A stretch of 64,000 nucleotides of DNA from Chthonomonadales bacterium (GCA_037443035.1 JBBIPC010000017.1:1-64000), one strand, 5' to 3'. Shown: positions 32,741-43,538, numbered from the stretch's first letter. The notes: generated by a model from the sequence alone, not told the origin. Program-made: numbers and translations.

Positions 32741-34777
32741 CTAGCGCCCTAGCAGAGCTTTCACCTGGATGACAACGTTCTCGGGCGTGAAGCCGAACTC
32801 CTGGAGAAGCTTCTCTGCGGGCGCAGAGGCGCCGAAGCTGGTCATACCGATTACCACACCGTCGGAGCCAGTGTACTTGTGCCAGCCGAGTGGCGATGCT
32901 GCTTCGATGGCAACGCGTGGTGTGCCGGGAGGCAAGACCGCCTGTCTGTAGGGCTCGGGTTGGCTGTCGAAAAGCTCCCAGGACGGCATGCTAACGACCC
33001 GTGCCGGAATCCCTTGCTCGAGCAGCAGCGTGCGTGCCTGCACCGCTATGGAGACTTCGGAGCCGCTCGCGAGAAGTAGGACGTCCGGCTTGCCGTTCGG
33101 TGCGTCGTACAGGATGTAGGCACCGCGACGGAGATCCTCGGCGGTACCTGCGACGGTCCTGTCGAAGTTCGGAAGCTTCTGGCGGCTCAGAACAAGCGCC
33201 ACGGGGCCATCCTTCCGCTGGCAAGCCACACGCCAGGCCTCCGCGACCTCGTTGGCGTCTGCGGGTCGAATAGTCACCAGGTGGGGTGTGGCACGCAGAG
33301 CGGCCAATTGCTCGATGGGCTGATGCGTAGGTCCGTCCTCGCCCAGCGCGATGGAGTCGTGGGTGAAGACGTAGATGACCGGCAACTCCATGAGCGCAGA
33401 AAGCCGCAGCGCGGGCTTGAGGTAATCGGCGAAATTGAAGAACGTCGCCACGAACGGACGGACACCCCCGTGGAGGGCCATGCCGTTGGCCGCCGCAGCC
33501 ATGGCATGTTCTCGTACCCCCCAATGGATATTGCGACCTTCGTAGCCCCATGGTCCACCGACGGCGCCTTCGGCTCCGGCTGGCAGATCGGGCGGCTCGA
33601 AGTCGCCGAGACCCTTGAGAGCAGTGTTGGTCGAGGGGTTGAGATCGGCCGAGCCACCCACAAGAGCAGGGTAGCGCGGAGCAATCGCATTCAAGACCTT
33701 ACCGGATGTCGCACGCGTTGCGGCTGCGTCGCCGACGCCGAATACTGGAATGTCCTTGTCCCAGCCTGCCGGAAGAATGCCTTCTTGAGCCTCATGCCAT
33801 TGCCTCGCGAGGTCTGGATTGGCGGCTGCCCACTCGCGGTGCAAAGCCTCCCAAGCGTGGCGGGCGTTCTTGCCATGGTCCAGCGCCATGCGAAAATGCG
33901 CGAGGGCTTCCTCTGGCACGAAGAATTCCTTGTCCTCGGGAAAGCCTAGTGCCCGCTTCGTGGCCGCTACTTCGTCCTTACCAAGGGGGGAGCCGTGGGA
34001 CTCGGATGATCCAGCCTTGCTGGGTGATCCGTATCCGATGACCGTTTTCACGACGACCAAACTGGGACGCGAAAGGTCAGCACGAGCTTGCCGGAGAGCA
34101 GCGTCTATGGCGTCGATGTCGTTGCCATCAGCGACATGGACTACTTGCCAGCCGTAAGCCTCGAACCGCTTACCTACGTCCTCCGTGAAGCAGAGGCTAG
34201 TGGACCCAGCAAGGGAGATGTCATTGCTATCGTACAGACAGATGAGTTTGCCAAGACGCAAGTGGCCTGCGATGGATGCAGCTTCAGCAGCTACCCCCTC
34301 CATCATGTCGCCATCCGAAGCGAGGACGTATGTGAAGTGGTCTACGAGCCTGTGAACGGGCGTATTGTAACGCGCTGCAAGGTGGGCTTCCGCCATCGCC
34401 ATGCCGACAGCAGTGGCGAACCCCTGACCCAGAGGACCAGTGGTGGTCTCGACGCCCGGTGTGATGCCATACTCGGGATGGCCGGGTGTCTTGCTCTGCC
34501 ACTGACGGAAGGCTCGAAGGTCGTCGAGACTGACATCGTAGCCGGTAAGATGGAGGAGGCTGAACAGGAGCATGGAGCCATGCCCGCCGGACAAGACGAA
34601 CCGGTCGCGGTCCGGCCATCGTGGGCAGGCTGGATCATGCTTCAGGTGGCGCGTCCAAAGGACATAGGCCATGGGCGCAGCTCCCAAGGGCAATCCCGGA
34701 TGTCCGGAGTTAGCCTTCTGGATGGCGTCTATGGAGAGGGTGCGAATGCTGTTGATGCACAACTCATCGATCGTCAT
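32741..34777 (-). CDS. tkt: Transketolase
   Basis: [20 protein letters not shown] and [16 protein letters not shown]. Confidence 0.97.
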   Translation of the reverse strand: MTIDELCINSIRTLSIDAIQKANSGHPGLPLGAAPMAYVLWTRHLKHDPACPRWPDRDRFVLSGGHGSMLLFSLLHLTGYDVSLDDLRAFRQWQSKTPGHPEYGITPGVETTTGPLGQGFATAVGMAMAEAHLAARYNTPVHRLVDHFTYVLASDGDMMEGVAAEAASIAGHLRLGKLICLYDSNDISLAGSTSLCFTEDVGKRFEAYGWQVVHVADGNDIDAIDAALRQARADLSRPSLVVVKTVIGYGSPSKAGSSESHGSPLGKDEVAATKRALGFPEDKEFFVPEEALAHFRMALDHGKNARHAWEALHREWAAANPDLARQWHEAQEGILPAGWDKDIPVFGVGDAAATRATSGKVLNAIAPRYPALVGGSADLNPSTNTALKGLGDFEPPDLPAGAEGAVGGPWGYEGRNIHWGVREHAMAAAANGMALHGGVRPFVATFFNFADYLKPALRLSALMELPVIYVFTHDSIALGEDGPTHQPIEQLAALRATPHLVTIRPADANEVAEAWRVACQRKDGPVALVLSRQKLPNFDRTVAGTAEDLRRGAYILYDAPNGKPDVLLLASGSEVSIAVQARTLLLEQGIPARVVSMPSWELFDSQPEPYRQAVLPPGTPRVAIEAASPLGWHKYTGSDGVVIGMTSFGASAPAEKLLQEFGFTPENVVIQVKALLGR

Positions 34778-34858
34778 GCTGTTCTCCGTACAGAGGGCTT
34801 GCACGCGCTGATGCGCATTGTGCGAAACAATGCACAGTATACCTTCGGCGAGGATCGC

Positions 34859-35581
34859 ATGGCCAAGGAAGCTAGCGAGCATATCCAGGTCTCCCATTGC
34901 GACCCACGGCCTCTCATGGTCAGGAATGCCGAGCGCGTCCTTCGTCCAATCTTTCGGGTGCTACTCCGGGGATTGCTGGGCTGTCTAGGTGGCGTTCGCG
35001 TGGAAGGACTGGAGAGAGTGCCAGCGACTGGTGGCGTCATCCTGGCACCGAACCACCGGTCCCATCTCGATCCGGTTCTTATTGGCGTCCTGTCGCAGCG
35101 GCCGGTGTGGTTTCTCGCTACCGATGAGCTTTTCGACATTCCCGTCATCGGGTCGTTGTCCGCAGTCTTCCGCGCCTTCCCCATTCGCCAGGACTCGCCC
35201 GATCGAGCAGCCTTGCGACGAGCGGAGAGCCTCCTACGTGGTGGCGAGGTGCTCGTGGTGTTCCCCGAGGGGCATGAGAGCCTGGATGGCCAGTTGCAGC
35301 CGCTGCAGGGAGGCGTCATTCTATTGGCGGAGCGTGCGTCGGTGCCGGTCGTGCCCGTGGGAATCTCGGGATCGGAGCGTGTCCTACCACCGCGAGAGTG
35401 GCATCCTCGGCACGGAGGCGAACCGGTCGTTGTCCGGTTTGGTGAGCCAGTGTCGGCCGAGCTGCTCACCGGGAATCTCAGGGGTAAGGCTGCCTGGCGC
35501 CGGGGCTCCGAGACACTGGCCCGGGCTATCGCAGGGCTCGCCGAGCCTTCGATGCTGGAACGAGAGGGAAGTATGAGCTGA
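34859..35581 (+). CDS. 1-acyl-sn-glycerol-3-phosphate acyltransferase (PlsC family)
   Basis: NHRSHLD (HX4D) and FPEG. Confidence 0.9.
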   Translation: MAKEASEHIQVSHCDPRPLMVRNAERVLRPIFRVLLRGLLGCLGGVRVEGLERVPATGGVILAPNHRSHLDPVLIGVLSQRPVWFLATDELFDIPVIGSLSAVFRAFPIRQDSPDRAALRRAESLLRGGEVLVVFPEGHESLDGQLQPLQGGVILLAERASVPVVPVGISGSERVLPPREWHPRHGGEPVVVRFGEPVSAELLTGNLRGKAAWRRGSETLARAIAGLAEPSMLEREGSMS

Positions 35582-35671
35582 CCAGAATCTCCCCCACGGT
35601 AGGGCATCCTGCAGGAGTCAAGGGGTAGAATGACGAAAAGCTGTCTACACCGATTGTGAGGAGATCCTGTA

Positions 35672-35941
35672 ATGCCTTACGTAATCTGCGAGCCCTGCAT
35701 CAATGTGAAGGACAAGGCTTGTGTCGCCGTCTGTCCGGTGGACTGCATCCATGAGGGGGTGCTAACGGACGACGATGGTACCGAGTACGACATGCTGTTC
35801 ATCAATCCGGACGAATGCATTGACTGCGGGCTCTGCGAGCCGGAGTGCCCGGTGAATGCCATCTTCGCCGACACCGACGTTCCCAGCAAGTGGGAGAAGT
35901 TCACGGCGATCAACGCGAAGTTCTACCAGCAGAAGAAATAA
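35672..35941 (+). CDS. 7Fe-type (3Fe-4S/4Fe-4S) ferredoxin
   Basis: C-x7-C-x3-CP and CIDCGLCEPECP. Confidence 0.93.
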   Translation: MPYVICEPCINVKDKACVAVCPVDCIHEGVLTDDDGTEYDMLFINPDECIDCGLCEPECPVNAIFADTDVPSKWEKFTAINAKFYQQKK

Positions 35942-36022
35942 CCTCCCACGTTCCCTGAGCGAGCTGCCGTCGGGCCTCTCATAGGAGAAGGCACGGAGCA
36001 GCTCGTTCGTTTCCAAGGTAGC

Positions 36023-36583
36023 ATGCGCATCTACAGTCGAACTGGTGACAGAGGTACCACCGGTCTGCCGGGTGGACACCGAGTGGCGAAGAGCGATCCA
36101 CTTCTCACGGTCTGTGGCGACCTGGACGAGCTCAACGCCCAGCTGGGCCTGGCGGCTAGTCTGACCGACGATGAGACACTGCTGGAGGCGATAGAAGAGA
36201 CGCAACGGAGCGTGTTCACCCTCTCGGCGGATCTCGCTGCACTGGGAGGCAAGATGGCGAAGCAGCGGATTTCCCAGGATCAGGTTCGAGAACTGGAATC
36301 GCACATTGACGCTGCAGAAGCCAGTCTGCCCCCGCTGAGCTCCTTCGTGTTTCCAGGCGGAACACCGGTGGCGGCTGCCCTTCATGTGGCGAGAGCCATC
36401 TGCAGACGTGCGGAACGATCGCTGGTGGCGCTCAGCGAAACCCGAGAGGTGCCGGCGCCGTATCTGGCCCTGACGAACCGGCTGTCGGACTACTTGTTCG
36501 TGCTGGCGCGTGTTGCCAACGCAGCGCGCGGCGTCGGTGATGTGGTCTGGTCGGGTGACCCAGGAGAGTGTGGCGATGCTTGA
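36023..36583 (+). CDS. Cob(I)alamin adenosyltransferase, PduO type
   Basis: IYSRTGDRGTT, GDLDELN, CRRAER and NRLSDYLF. Confidence 0.93.
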   Translation: MRIYSRTGDRGTTGLPGGHRVAKSDPLLTVCGDLDELNAQLGLAASLTDDETLLEAIEETQRSVFTLSADLAALGGKMAKQRISQDQVRELESHIDAAEASLPPLSSFVFPGGTPVAAALHVARAICRRAERSLVALSETREVPAPYLALTNRLSDYLFVLARVANAARGVGDVVWSGDPGECGDA

Positions 36584-37196
36584 GTGGTTGGACAGTCTGA
36601 AGACCGCGCTGTCCCGTGGCACGTCCGTGGTTCGTGACACGGTCGAGCGGGAGACGATGGCGCTGCTGGTGGGGCTCACGGCCGGTCGTACTGTTCGCGA
36701 TAAGGCCGGCGTTACCATCGTAGAGCCGGGTATGGTTATTACGCCCGAGGTCGCCGAACACGCGAGGCAGGCGGGCAAGTTACAGGCTCTCTTGGCTGCC
36801 GTAGCAGCAGCGAGTATGCAGGACCTGCAGGAGCGGTGGGATCAGGTCCGACGTAGCACTGCTGAAGGTAAGGAGGACGCAGCCATGGCAACCATAGACG
36901 AGTACGCCATGGCTCGGCGCTACGTAGGGCGCGTTGCAGTCCTCAACGTCACGGATGTTCGCGGCACGGTCATCATTCCGGCTGGCAAGCGGCTAACTGA
37001 AGAGGATATCCAGATGGCCCGGGAACATGACCTACTGCTAGCGGTGATCCACAGCGCTACACAGCCTCAGGCGCAGTCGGCTGGAGGTCAGCAACCCGAA
37101 GCACCACTGCGCGAGGAGGACACGGCTGCCGATCCATCCCGCCGTCCTCGGCTACCCTTGGTGGAGATGCCTGCCGAGGAAGAGCCCGCAGATTGA
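36576..37196 (+). CDS. Hypothetical protein with two ~44-aa internal repeats
   Basis: GRTVRDKAGVTIVEPGMVITPEVAEHAR vs VLNVTDVRGTVIIPAGKRLTEEDIQMAR; start overlaps the pduO-type stop. Confidence 0.7.
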   Translation: MLEWLDSLKTALSRGTSVVRDTVERETMALLVGLTAGRTVRDKAGVTIVEPGMVITPEVAEHARQAGKLQALLAAVAAASMQDLQERWDQVRRSTAEGKEDAAMATIDEYAMARRYVGRVAVLNVTDVRGTVIIPAGKRLTEEDIQMAREHDLLLAVIHSATQPQAQSAGGQQPEAPLREEDTAADPSRRPRLPLVEMPAEEEPAD

Positions 37197-37241
37197 CGGA
37201 CCCTTTTGGGCCGATCTGCCGCTAAGGCGAACTGACTGGGC

Positions 37242-37694
37242 CTACGCGGCGGCCTCCGCGCGTTGCTTGATGGCCCGCATCTGCGCCTCTAGATTCTCTG
37301 TCATCTTCTTCTTGATGAGTGCCTTGATCATGGGGCCGATGAGGGGAACGTTGTACTCGTAATCGAGTACACATTCGAAGCGCGTACCGTTCTCCGTCGG
37401 GATGAACTGCCAGTACCCGACCATACTGTCGAGGTCGCCCTTGATCAGACGGAAGTCGTCACGGTAGCGTGCAGGATCCCAGACATCCTCCTGCACCCAG
37501 CGTATCGTCATGCGAAACTCGCGGACGATCCCAACCCACTCCGTCACCGTCCTGTTGCCGTCGTCGCTTCGTTCGAGGACGGTGAGGGACTGCAGATCCT
37601 CCATGAACGTGGGGAAATCCTCCACCCGCCTAGCGACAGCGTAGACAGTATCCACGGGGGCGTTCACGTCCAACGTAATGGCAATCTTCGGCAT
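37242..37694 (-). CDS. SRPBCC/START-like (polyketide cyclase/CoQ-binding) family protein
   Basis: VNAPVDTVY...VEDFPTFM, GDL...GYWQF and a C-terminal helix. Confidence 0.85.
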   Translation of the reverse strand: MPKIAITLDVNAPVDTVYAVARRVEDFPTFMEDLQSLTVLERSDDGNRTVTEWVGIVREFRMTIRWVQEDVWDPARYRDDFRLIKGDLDSMVGYWQFIPTENGTRFECVLDYEYNVPLIGPMIKALIKKKMTENLEAQMRAIKQRAEAAA

Positions 37695-37720
37695 GACGCG
37701 ATCCTGTTCTCGCATAGAGA

Positions 37721-37746
37721 AGGCCCTCCCCAGATGGGGAGGGCCT
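37721..37746 (-). terminator. GC-rich hairpin downstream of the giant Ig-repeat gene
   Basis: AGGCCCTCCCCA/TGGGGAGGGCCT 12-bp inverted repeat; only a weak pyrimidine tail (TCTCT). Confidence 0.6.
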
Positions 37747-37769
37747 CGGTCGTGATCAGTACACGCTGA

Positions 37770-40700
37770 TCAGTAGATGGTCAGAGTGCCGTTACCCGAG
37801 CCAGCAGCAACCCATGCATCGCCAGCGAACTCGCAGGTGATGGTGTGGGCGCCCGCGGCCAGGCCGGTCGTGTCGTAGAAGTACCGAGCGACAGCGTTGG
37901 AGTCGGTGACCACCGTCGCCACGTCCGTTCCGTCAATCTTGAAGGTCACGGTCTTGCCGGTCTGCTTCGCTAGGCCGGGCAGTCGGCGGAAGTACGCATA
38001 GAGATTCGCGATTCCACCAGCCGGTACGGACTTGTTCATGACCCAGATGTACGGATCGGCATGGAGAACGGTCAACGTGGCTGTGCTGGTGGATCCCAGA
38101 TAGCCAGCGTTGCCAACCCACTCGGAGAGGATCGTTCGGTCTCCAGCCCCAGACCCGTCGGGTACGTCGTAGTACGGATAGCTTGCGTAACCGTCGGTGT
38201 TCGTGGGCCTTGTGATGACGAACGTGCCGTCTACATAGAAGTTGATGTTCTTGTTGTAGAGCGGGACGTCGTCGCTGCGGAGCAAGCGAGCCTTCAGCTC
38301 CGTCCGTCCGCCGATCTTCTGCGTCCGGTCGAAGCCGACCAGCTTGGTGGACCAGACGACGGCCGTCAGCACGCCATTTCCGCTGGAGCCGTTGTAGTTG
38401 CTATCGCCAGCGAACGCCCCGGTGATCGTATGGGTTCCCGCCGTGGCATCGATCACCCAGTTGTAGTCTGCCCGGCCGTTGCTATCGGTGACACCGGAAC
38501 CCACGCTAGTACCGTCAATGCTGAAGTCCACGGTCTTGCCGGCTAGCCACGCCATGTCCGTGGTCCGGCGGAGGTATCCGCGTAGTGTCACGGTCTCGGT
38601 CACCGTGCCGCTCCGGTCGAGGACGAACGTGGAAGTATCGGCCTTCTGAACGGTCAGTGTTCCGGTGCCCGTGCTGGCGTTGTACAGAGCCTCACCCGCG
38701 AACTCAGCGGAGATGGTCCGGCTTGTCGCACCGTCAATGACGACGTACGACACCGTCGCGGTTCCGGTACCGTCGGTCACGCCCGAGCCGACCGTCGTGC
38801 CGTCCACCTTGAAGGTGAGCGTCCGGCCGCTCAACGGGCTGCTGTCATTGTTGGCGGTCAGGGTTGCGGACAGGCTGATCGTCTGGCCGGGCTTACCTGA
38901 TGCCGCGGCGACGGCCACCGTCGTATCGGACTTGACGGTGAGTGTGCCGCTAGCGGAGGAAGGATTGTACGCGCCGTCACCAGCGAACTCGGCCGCGACT
39001 GGATGATCGCCGACAGCCATATTGGCAGGAATGGCGTAATCCAGCGAGTAGTTGCCCGAGTCATCGGTCACGGCCGTACCGACCACCGAGCCGTCAACCT
39101 TCACGTCCACGTTCCGGCCCACAACGGGCGTTGCCGTCAAGGAACCGGTGAATGTTACGTTCTGGCCGGCGGTGCCGGTTGGGCTGTTGATCGTCAGAGT
39201 GGTATCGGCCTTCTCCGCAGTCAGAGTGCCCGTGCCGCTGGAGCCGTTGTGCTCAGCGTCGCCGCTGGAGGTAGCTCCGATAACACGGTCGCCTGCGCCA
39301 GCACCCTCTGGGATGACGTAGGGCACTGTCGCCACACCCGAACCGTCGGTTACAGCCGAGCCTGCCGCTGTGCCGTCTACGGTGAAGTCAACGTTGACAC
39401 CCGGCACGGGGCCATTGTCTGTATTCCGAGTGACGGTTGCGGAGAGGTCCACCGTCGAGTGAATGGGACCGGACACGTTCGCAACAGCAGTCGTCGTGTC
39501 GGCCTTCTCCACCGTCAAAGTGCCGCTGCCGGACGACGCACCGTAGACAGCGTCACCCGCGAAGGATGCGCCGATGGTTCGCGCGCCGGTGCCGCCACCA
39601 ACGGGGATCACGTAGTTCACTGTAGCAACGCCAGAACCATCCGTGACACCCGAGCCAACGCCCGTGCCTTCCACGGTGAAGTCTACGGTTCGACCAGCCA
39701 CCGGTGCGTTGTCGTGGTTCCGGGTCAGAGTGGCTGTAAGTGCGACTGTGGCCCCTACCTGGCCGGTCTTGTCATCCACTGCGAGAGTGGTCGTATCCGT
39801 CACGGTCAGGTTGCTGGCACCAGTGCCCGGATTGTAGGCGGCATCGCCAGCGAACACGTACCCGATGGGATGCACACCAGGCTCCACCGCTACGGTGTAG
39901 TCGAAGTAGGCCATGCCGGAGCTGTTGGTCACGCCTGTGCCGACGTCGGTGCCGTCAATCTGGAAGGTCAGTGTCCGGCCCACCACCCATGCGAGGTCGG
40001 TGGTGCGGCGGAGGTAGCCCTTCAGCTGCACGACACTGCCGAACGTACCGGTGCGATCGAGGCCGGAGATGGTTGTATCGGCCTTGTTCACCGTCAGCGT
40101 GCCGCTGCCCGTGCTCGGGAAGTAGGTTGTATCGCCCAGGAAGTCCGCCGTGATGGTGCGGGTGCCCGCCCCGGCTCCTTCTTCCACGCGATAGTTGTAG
40201 GTAGCCTTGCCGTCGGCGCCCGTAACACCGCTGCCGACCACCGTGCCCTCCACGCGGAACTCGATGGTGCGTCCGGCGATCGGGCCGCTGTCTGTGGTCC
40301 GGTACAGATAGCCGCGCAGGTCAACAACCGCCCCGATGGTGCCGGTGCGGTTCGTGGCGTAGGTCTTGGTGGTGGTCTTCTGGACGGTCAAGGTACCGTT
40401 GCCGGTGGACGCGTTGTATTCGGTATCACCAGCGAAGGAGACCGTGATCGTCCGATCGCCAACACCCGATCCTTCGGGGATCGTGTAGCTCAAGGTAGCA
40501 ACGCCGGACCCGTCCGTCACCGCGGAGCCAACGCCCGTACCGTCCACGGCGAAGTCGAGCGTCTTACCACTGACCGGATCGCCGTTGTCCGCCCGAGTCA
40601 GGGTGCCCTTGAGTGTCACGGAGACACCGATCATGCCGGAAGCATTGTCCACGGCGATAGAGGTGTTCACGTTGACATGGAGGGTTCCGCTACCGGTTGT

Positions 40701-43538
40701 GCCGTTATAGTTCGCGTCGCCAGCGAATGCCGCTCCAATGGTGTGATCCCCAACCGCCATGCCATTCGGTATGGCGTAGCTTACCGTGGCAACGCCGCTT
40801 CCATCGGTTGTCGCGGTCCCCACGGCGGTGCCATCTACGGAGATCTCGACGGTCTTGCCTGCCAGTGGCCAACCAGCGCCGACAACCGTGAGCGTTGCAC
40901 TCAGGTCAACGGAAGTGCCAACGGTGCCGACTACGTTGGGAACCGCAAGGGCCGTGTCGCCCTTCTCCACCGTCAACACTGCGTCGTCGGTGCTGGCGTT
41001 GTAGTCGCCGTCGCCTGCGAACTCGGCTGTGATCGTCCGTGTGCCGACTCCAGCACCTTCTGGCACGACGTAGTCAACTGAGGCAACACCCGATGCGTTC
41101 GTCACGCCGGTGCCAACCTCGGTACCGTCTACCTTGAAGGTCACCGTGCGGCCCACGATCGGTGCGCTGTCATGGTTGCGGGTGAGTGTTGCAGTCAGCG
41201 CGACCGTCGTCCCGATCTTGGCAGTCTTGTCATCGGCCACGATCGTCGTGTCCGCCTTGGAGACTGTAGCCGTCGCCGTGTCTTCGCTCGGGCGATGCAC
41301 GCCGTCGAAAGCGAAGATTCCCCGGATCTCATGGTCTCCAGCGCCGATGCCCTCCGGTATGACCACGGGCAGCACGGCCACTCCGTTGGCGTCGGTCACG
41401 GCGGTGCCAACGGTGTTGCCGTCGACCTGGAAGGTGATGGTCTTGTCGGGTATGCCGAGGCTCGTGTCGTTATCTACGAGCGTAGCGGTGAGGTTCACCG
41501 TCTGACCGATGACCCCAGCGACGTCGTCCACCGTCAGGGTCGTCGGTATGGCGCGGATCACCTCGAACGCCCCTGCAGCCGTGGCTGTCTGTCCGTCTGG
41601 GTTCGTGACGGTGACGTCGCGCAGGCCAATGGTCGCATCGAGACTCACGTCGAACTTGACGGTCACCGACGTCGGGCTATTGTAGGTAACCACGTAGTTG
41701 CTGATACCGTCACCGGACAGCGTCACGTTGATATGGTTGGGGAAGCCGGCACCCGGGTCGAAGAACCGCGAGCCGGTGATGTTCAACGTGACATTCGTCA
41801 TGCCTTGGACGGCGCTGCCGGATGCACTGGTGATCAACGGCGCAGGAGCGAGAAGCCGTGCGATCCAGGTGCCCCAGTTGTCGGTTGGCAGGCCCTCGGC
41901 ACTGGCTGCGTACTCCTGGACCGTCCAGATGGACATATCATCGTTGGGGTCGAGGCTCGTGTAACTGTAATTGCCCCAACGATTTCGGCCACCCACGAGC
42001 CGTTCGTAGGACGCCTCTCCGGCCTTGACCTGCATGACGCCCTGCATGGTCCCTGCCGGATCCGTTGCCAGACGACCGCAGGTATAGGCACCCACGTACT
42101 CGCTAGCTTTGGAACCGGAGAAGCCCATGGCCACATGGCCCTGGCCGCTCACCATAATGGACGGATAGTAGAAGAACATCCAGTCTTGAGCGCCGTTGTC
42201 GAAAACGCGTCCCTGCTGGTTCAACGTCAACACCGGTGCTCCCGCCGTGGAAAGCTCGAACCACTCTGCAGCGGTCCGGTCCACAGTCCCCGTGCCGCCG
42301 GACGCCGTAACACCGACGTTCCGCGTTCCCCAAATGCTGCCGTTGCGCTGAACAGCCATGAGAACTCGGTCATCGCCGACGTCTATGTTCACAGCGCTAC
42401 CGAGCGCGGGAGCGTCCACTGGCGCACCATAGGCAGCGGTAAGGATCTCCTGAGTCAGCGATAGCGTCGGAACTCCCGACATGGCCCACTGGAGATTGCG
42501 GAATTCGATGTTCGCGTAGACTGTCGTAGACGACGCCAAGAAATACGCGAAGCCGTTGGACGCAACGGGGTCCAGGTTGTGCACAGGACACGGCGTTGCC
42601 ATCATGTCGGTGATGAGCCGCCAGTAGTAGACGGTGCTCAAGGACGGCGACGCTGCGAGCAGCGACGCCTTCTTGGTGGCGGCGATCTTGGCGAATGCCG
42701 CACCTCCCGAGGGGATCATGGAGGCGCCGAAGTAGACACCGTTGTCATCGGTGCCGATCATGATCTCGTCGGTGAGCGTGTTGCTCTCACCGATGGTGAT
42801 CGCGTACTTTTGCCATGTGCCCGTTGGATCGTTCGTCGCCGATACAGCAAGGATAGCGTGGTTGGCCGCGCCGCCGTTGGTCTCCAGCGCAACGGCGAAC
42901 CAGCGACCGCTGCGGCGGTCGAAGATGACCCTGGGGCTATAGCAGTCGCCACGCGGGTAACTGCCCGTCGTGAAGAAGCTGTTGAGCGTGACGTGGCTTA
43001 GCCGTGTGCCGGTCTTATCGTAAATGGCCACGGAGCCGCGCAGCATCTCCACGAAGTGGTTGGGACCGACGGCGCCCATGGTGTCTGGAGGCCAGAATCC
43101 GGTGCCGAGATCCGTGAACTGATCCTGCAGGCTGATACCTGCGAAGTTGGTTCCCATGTTCTGCGGGGCGTTTCCCCCTGGGGAACCGAGGGTGCTGCGC
43201 GAACCATTCCCGGCGCGCTGTGCCGGCTGGAACACCGTACCGTCCGGCTGAACGCCTTTGTTGCGCCAGCGATAGCGGGTAACGCCTGCCGCCTGGGTGA
43301 GGTCCGGCCGCAACCCAGCAGCAATATCGTGCCGCAACTGGACGTCCCTCAACTCCATCTGGCGGACTGTGTCAGTGAAGGGTGCTCCGCCGTTCTGGAG
43401 CACCTGGCCCGGAATCCGAGAGTTGTCGGCCCGGACCGTCGAGGCAAGGCAGGCACCAACGACCAGGAGTAGTCCGGCCATTAGTGGCCCTGCCCTTCGA
43501 GTGTACGTCTGGCGGTGAGAAGGTCTCTGATCCACCAT
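37770..43538 (-). CDS. Large secreted/surface protein: N-terminal uncharacterised domain, IPT-like domain, 13 Ig-like (Big_3-like) repeats
   Basis: Signal peptide (LLLVVGACLASTVRA); ~97-aa repeats with VDG/VEG/IDG, VT(D/N)xxG and FAGDxxY; G-rich RBS before ATG 43538. Confidence 0.88.
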   Translation of the reverse strand: MVDQRPSHRQTYTRRAGPLMAGLLLVVGACLASTVRADNSRIPGQVLQNGGAPFTDTVRQMELRDVQLRHDIAAGLRPDLTQAAGVTRYRWRNKGVQPDGTVFQPAQRAGNGSRSTLGSPGGNAPQNMGTNFAGISLQDQFTDLGTGFWPPDTMGAVGPNHFVEMLRGSVAIYDKTGTRLSHVTLNSFFTTGSYPRGDCYSPRVIFDRRSGRWFAVALETNGGAANHAILAVSATNDPTGTWQKYAITIGESNTLTDEIMIGTDDNGVYFGASMIPSGGAAFAKIAATKKASLLAASPSLSTVYYWRLITDMMATPCPVHNLDPVASNGFAYFLASSTTVYANIEFRNLQWAMSGVPTLSLTQEILTAAYGAPVDAPALGSAVNIDVGDDRVLMAVQRNGSIWGTRNVGVTASGGTGTVDRTAAEWFELSTAGAPVLTLNQQGRVFDNGAQDWMFFYYPSIMVSGQGHVAMGFSGSKASEYVGAYTCGRLATDPAGTMQGVMQVKAGEASYERLVGGRNRWGNYSYTSLDPNDDMSIWTVQEYAASAEGLPTDNWGTWIARLLAPAPLITSASGSAVQGMTNVTLNITGSRFFDPGAGFPNHINVTLSGDGISNYVVTYNSPTSVTVKFDVSLDATIGLRDVTVTNPDGQTATAAGAFEVIRAIPTTLTVDDVAGVIGQTVNLTATLVDNDTSLGIPDKTITFQVDGNTVGTAVTDANGVAVLPVVIPEGIGAGDHEIRGIFAFDGVHRPSEDTATATVSKADTTIVADDKTAKIGTTVALTATLTRNHDSAPIVGRTVTFKVDGTEVGTGVTNASGVASVDYVVPEGAGVGTRTITAEFAGDGDYNASTDDAVLTVEKGDTALAVPNVVGTVGTSVDLSATLTVVGAGWPLAGKTVEISVDGTAVGTATTDGSGVATVSYAIPNGMAVGDHTIGAAFAGDANYNGTTGSGTLHVNVNTSIAVDNASGMIGVSVTLKGTLTRADNGDPVSGKTLDFAVDGTGVGSAVTDGSGVATLSYTIPEGSGVGDRTITVSFAGDTEYNASTGNGTLTVQKTTTKTYATNRTGTIGAVVDLRGYLYRTTDSGPIAGRTIEFRVEGTVVGSGVTGADGKATYNYRVEEGAGAGTRTITADFLGDTTYFPSTGSGTLTVNKADTTISGLDRTGTFGSVVQLKGYLRRTTDLAWVVGRTLTFQIDGTDVGTGVTNSSGMAYFDYTVAVEPGVHPIGYVFAGDAAYNPGTGASNLTVTDTTTLAVDDKTGQVGATVALTATLTRNHDNAPVAGRTVDFTVEGTGVGSGVTDGSGVATVNYVIPVGGGTGARTIGASFAGDAVYGASSGSGTLTVEKADTTTAVANVSGPIHSTVDLSATVTRNTDNGPVPGVNVDFTVDGTAAGSAVTDGSGVATVPYVIPEGAGAGDRVIGATSSGDAEHNGSSGTGTLTAEKADTTLTINSPTGTAGQNVTFTGSLTATPVVGRNVDVKVDGSVVGTAVTDDSGNYSLDYAIPANMAVGDHPVAAEFAGDGAYNPSSASGTLTVKSDTTVAVAAASGKPGQTISLSATLTANNDSSPLSGRTLTFKVDGTTVGSGVTDGTGTATVSYVVIDGATSRTISAEFAGEALYNASTGTGTLTVQKADTSTFVLDRSGTVTETVTLRGYLRRTTDMAWLAGKTVDFSIDGTSVGSGVTDSNGRADYNWVIDATAGTHTITGAFAGDSNYNGSSGNGVLTAVVWSTKLVGFDRTQKIGGRTELKARLLRSDDVPLYNKNINFYVDGTFVITRPTNTDGYASYPYYDVPDGSGAGDRTILSEWVGNAGYLGSTSTATLTVLHADPYIWVMNKSVPAGGIANLYAYFRRLPGLAKQTGKTVTFKIDGTDVATVVTDSNAVARYFYDTTGLAAGAHTITCEFAGDAWVAAGSGNGTLTIY
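37773..41543 (-). repeat. 13 tandem ~97-aa Ig-like coding repeats
   Basis: Segmented by eye at the LTVxKADT-type junctions; 1257 codons over 13 units. Confidence 0.85.

Noticed and set aside
34088..34858. Apparent long N-terminal extension of the PlsC ORF (497 aa)
   Set aside because: Overlaps transketolase on the opposite strand; the real start is near 34859-34916.
37773..41543. Possible CRISPR array or diversity-generating repeat
   Set aside because: The repeats are degenerate protein-level units of ~290 nt; no identical short repeats with spacers, cas genes or reverse transcriptase.
39003..42464. Long plus-strand ORFs (692 and 430 aa) opposite the Ig-repeat gene
   Set aside because: Antisense shadows of a GC-rich, codon-biased gene; no recognisable motifs.
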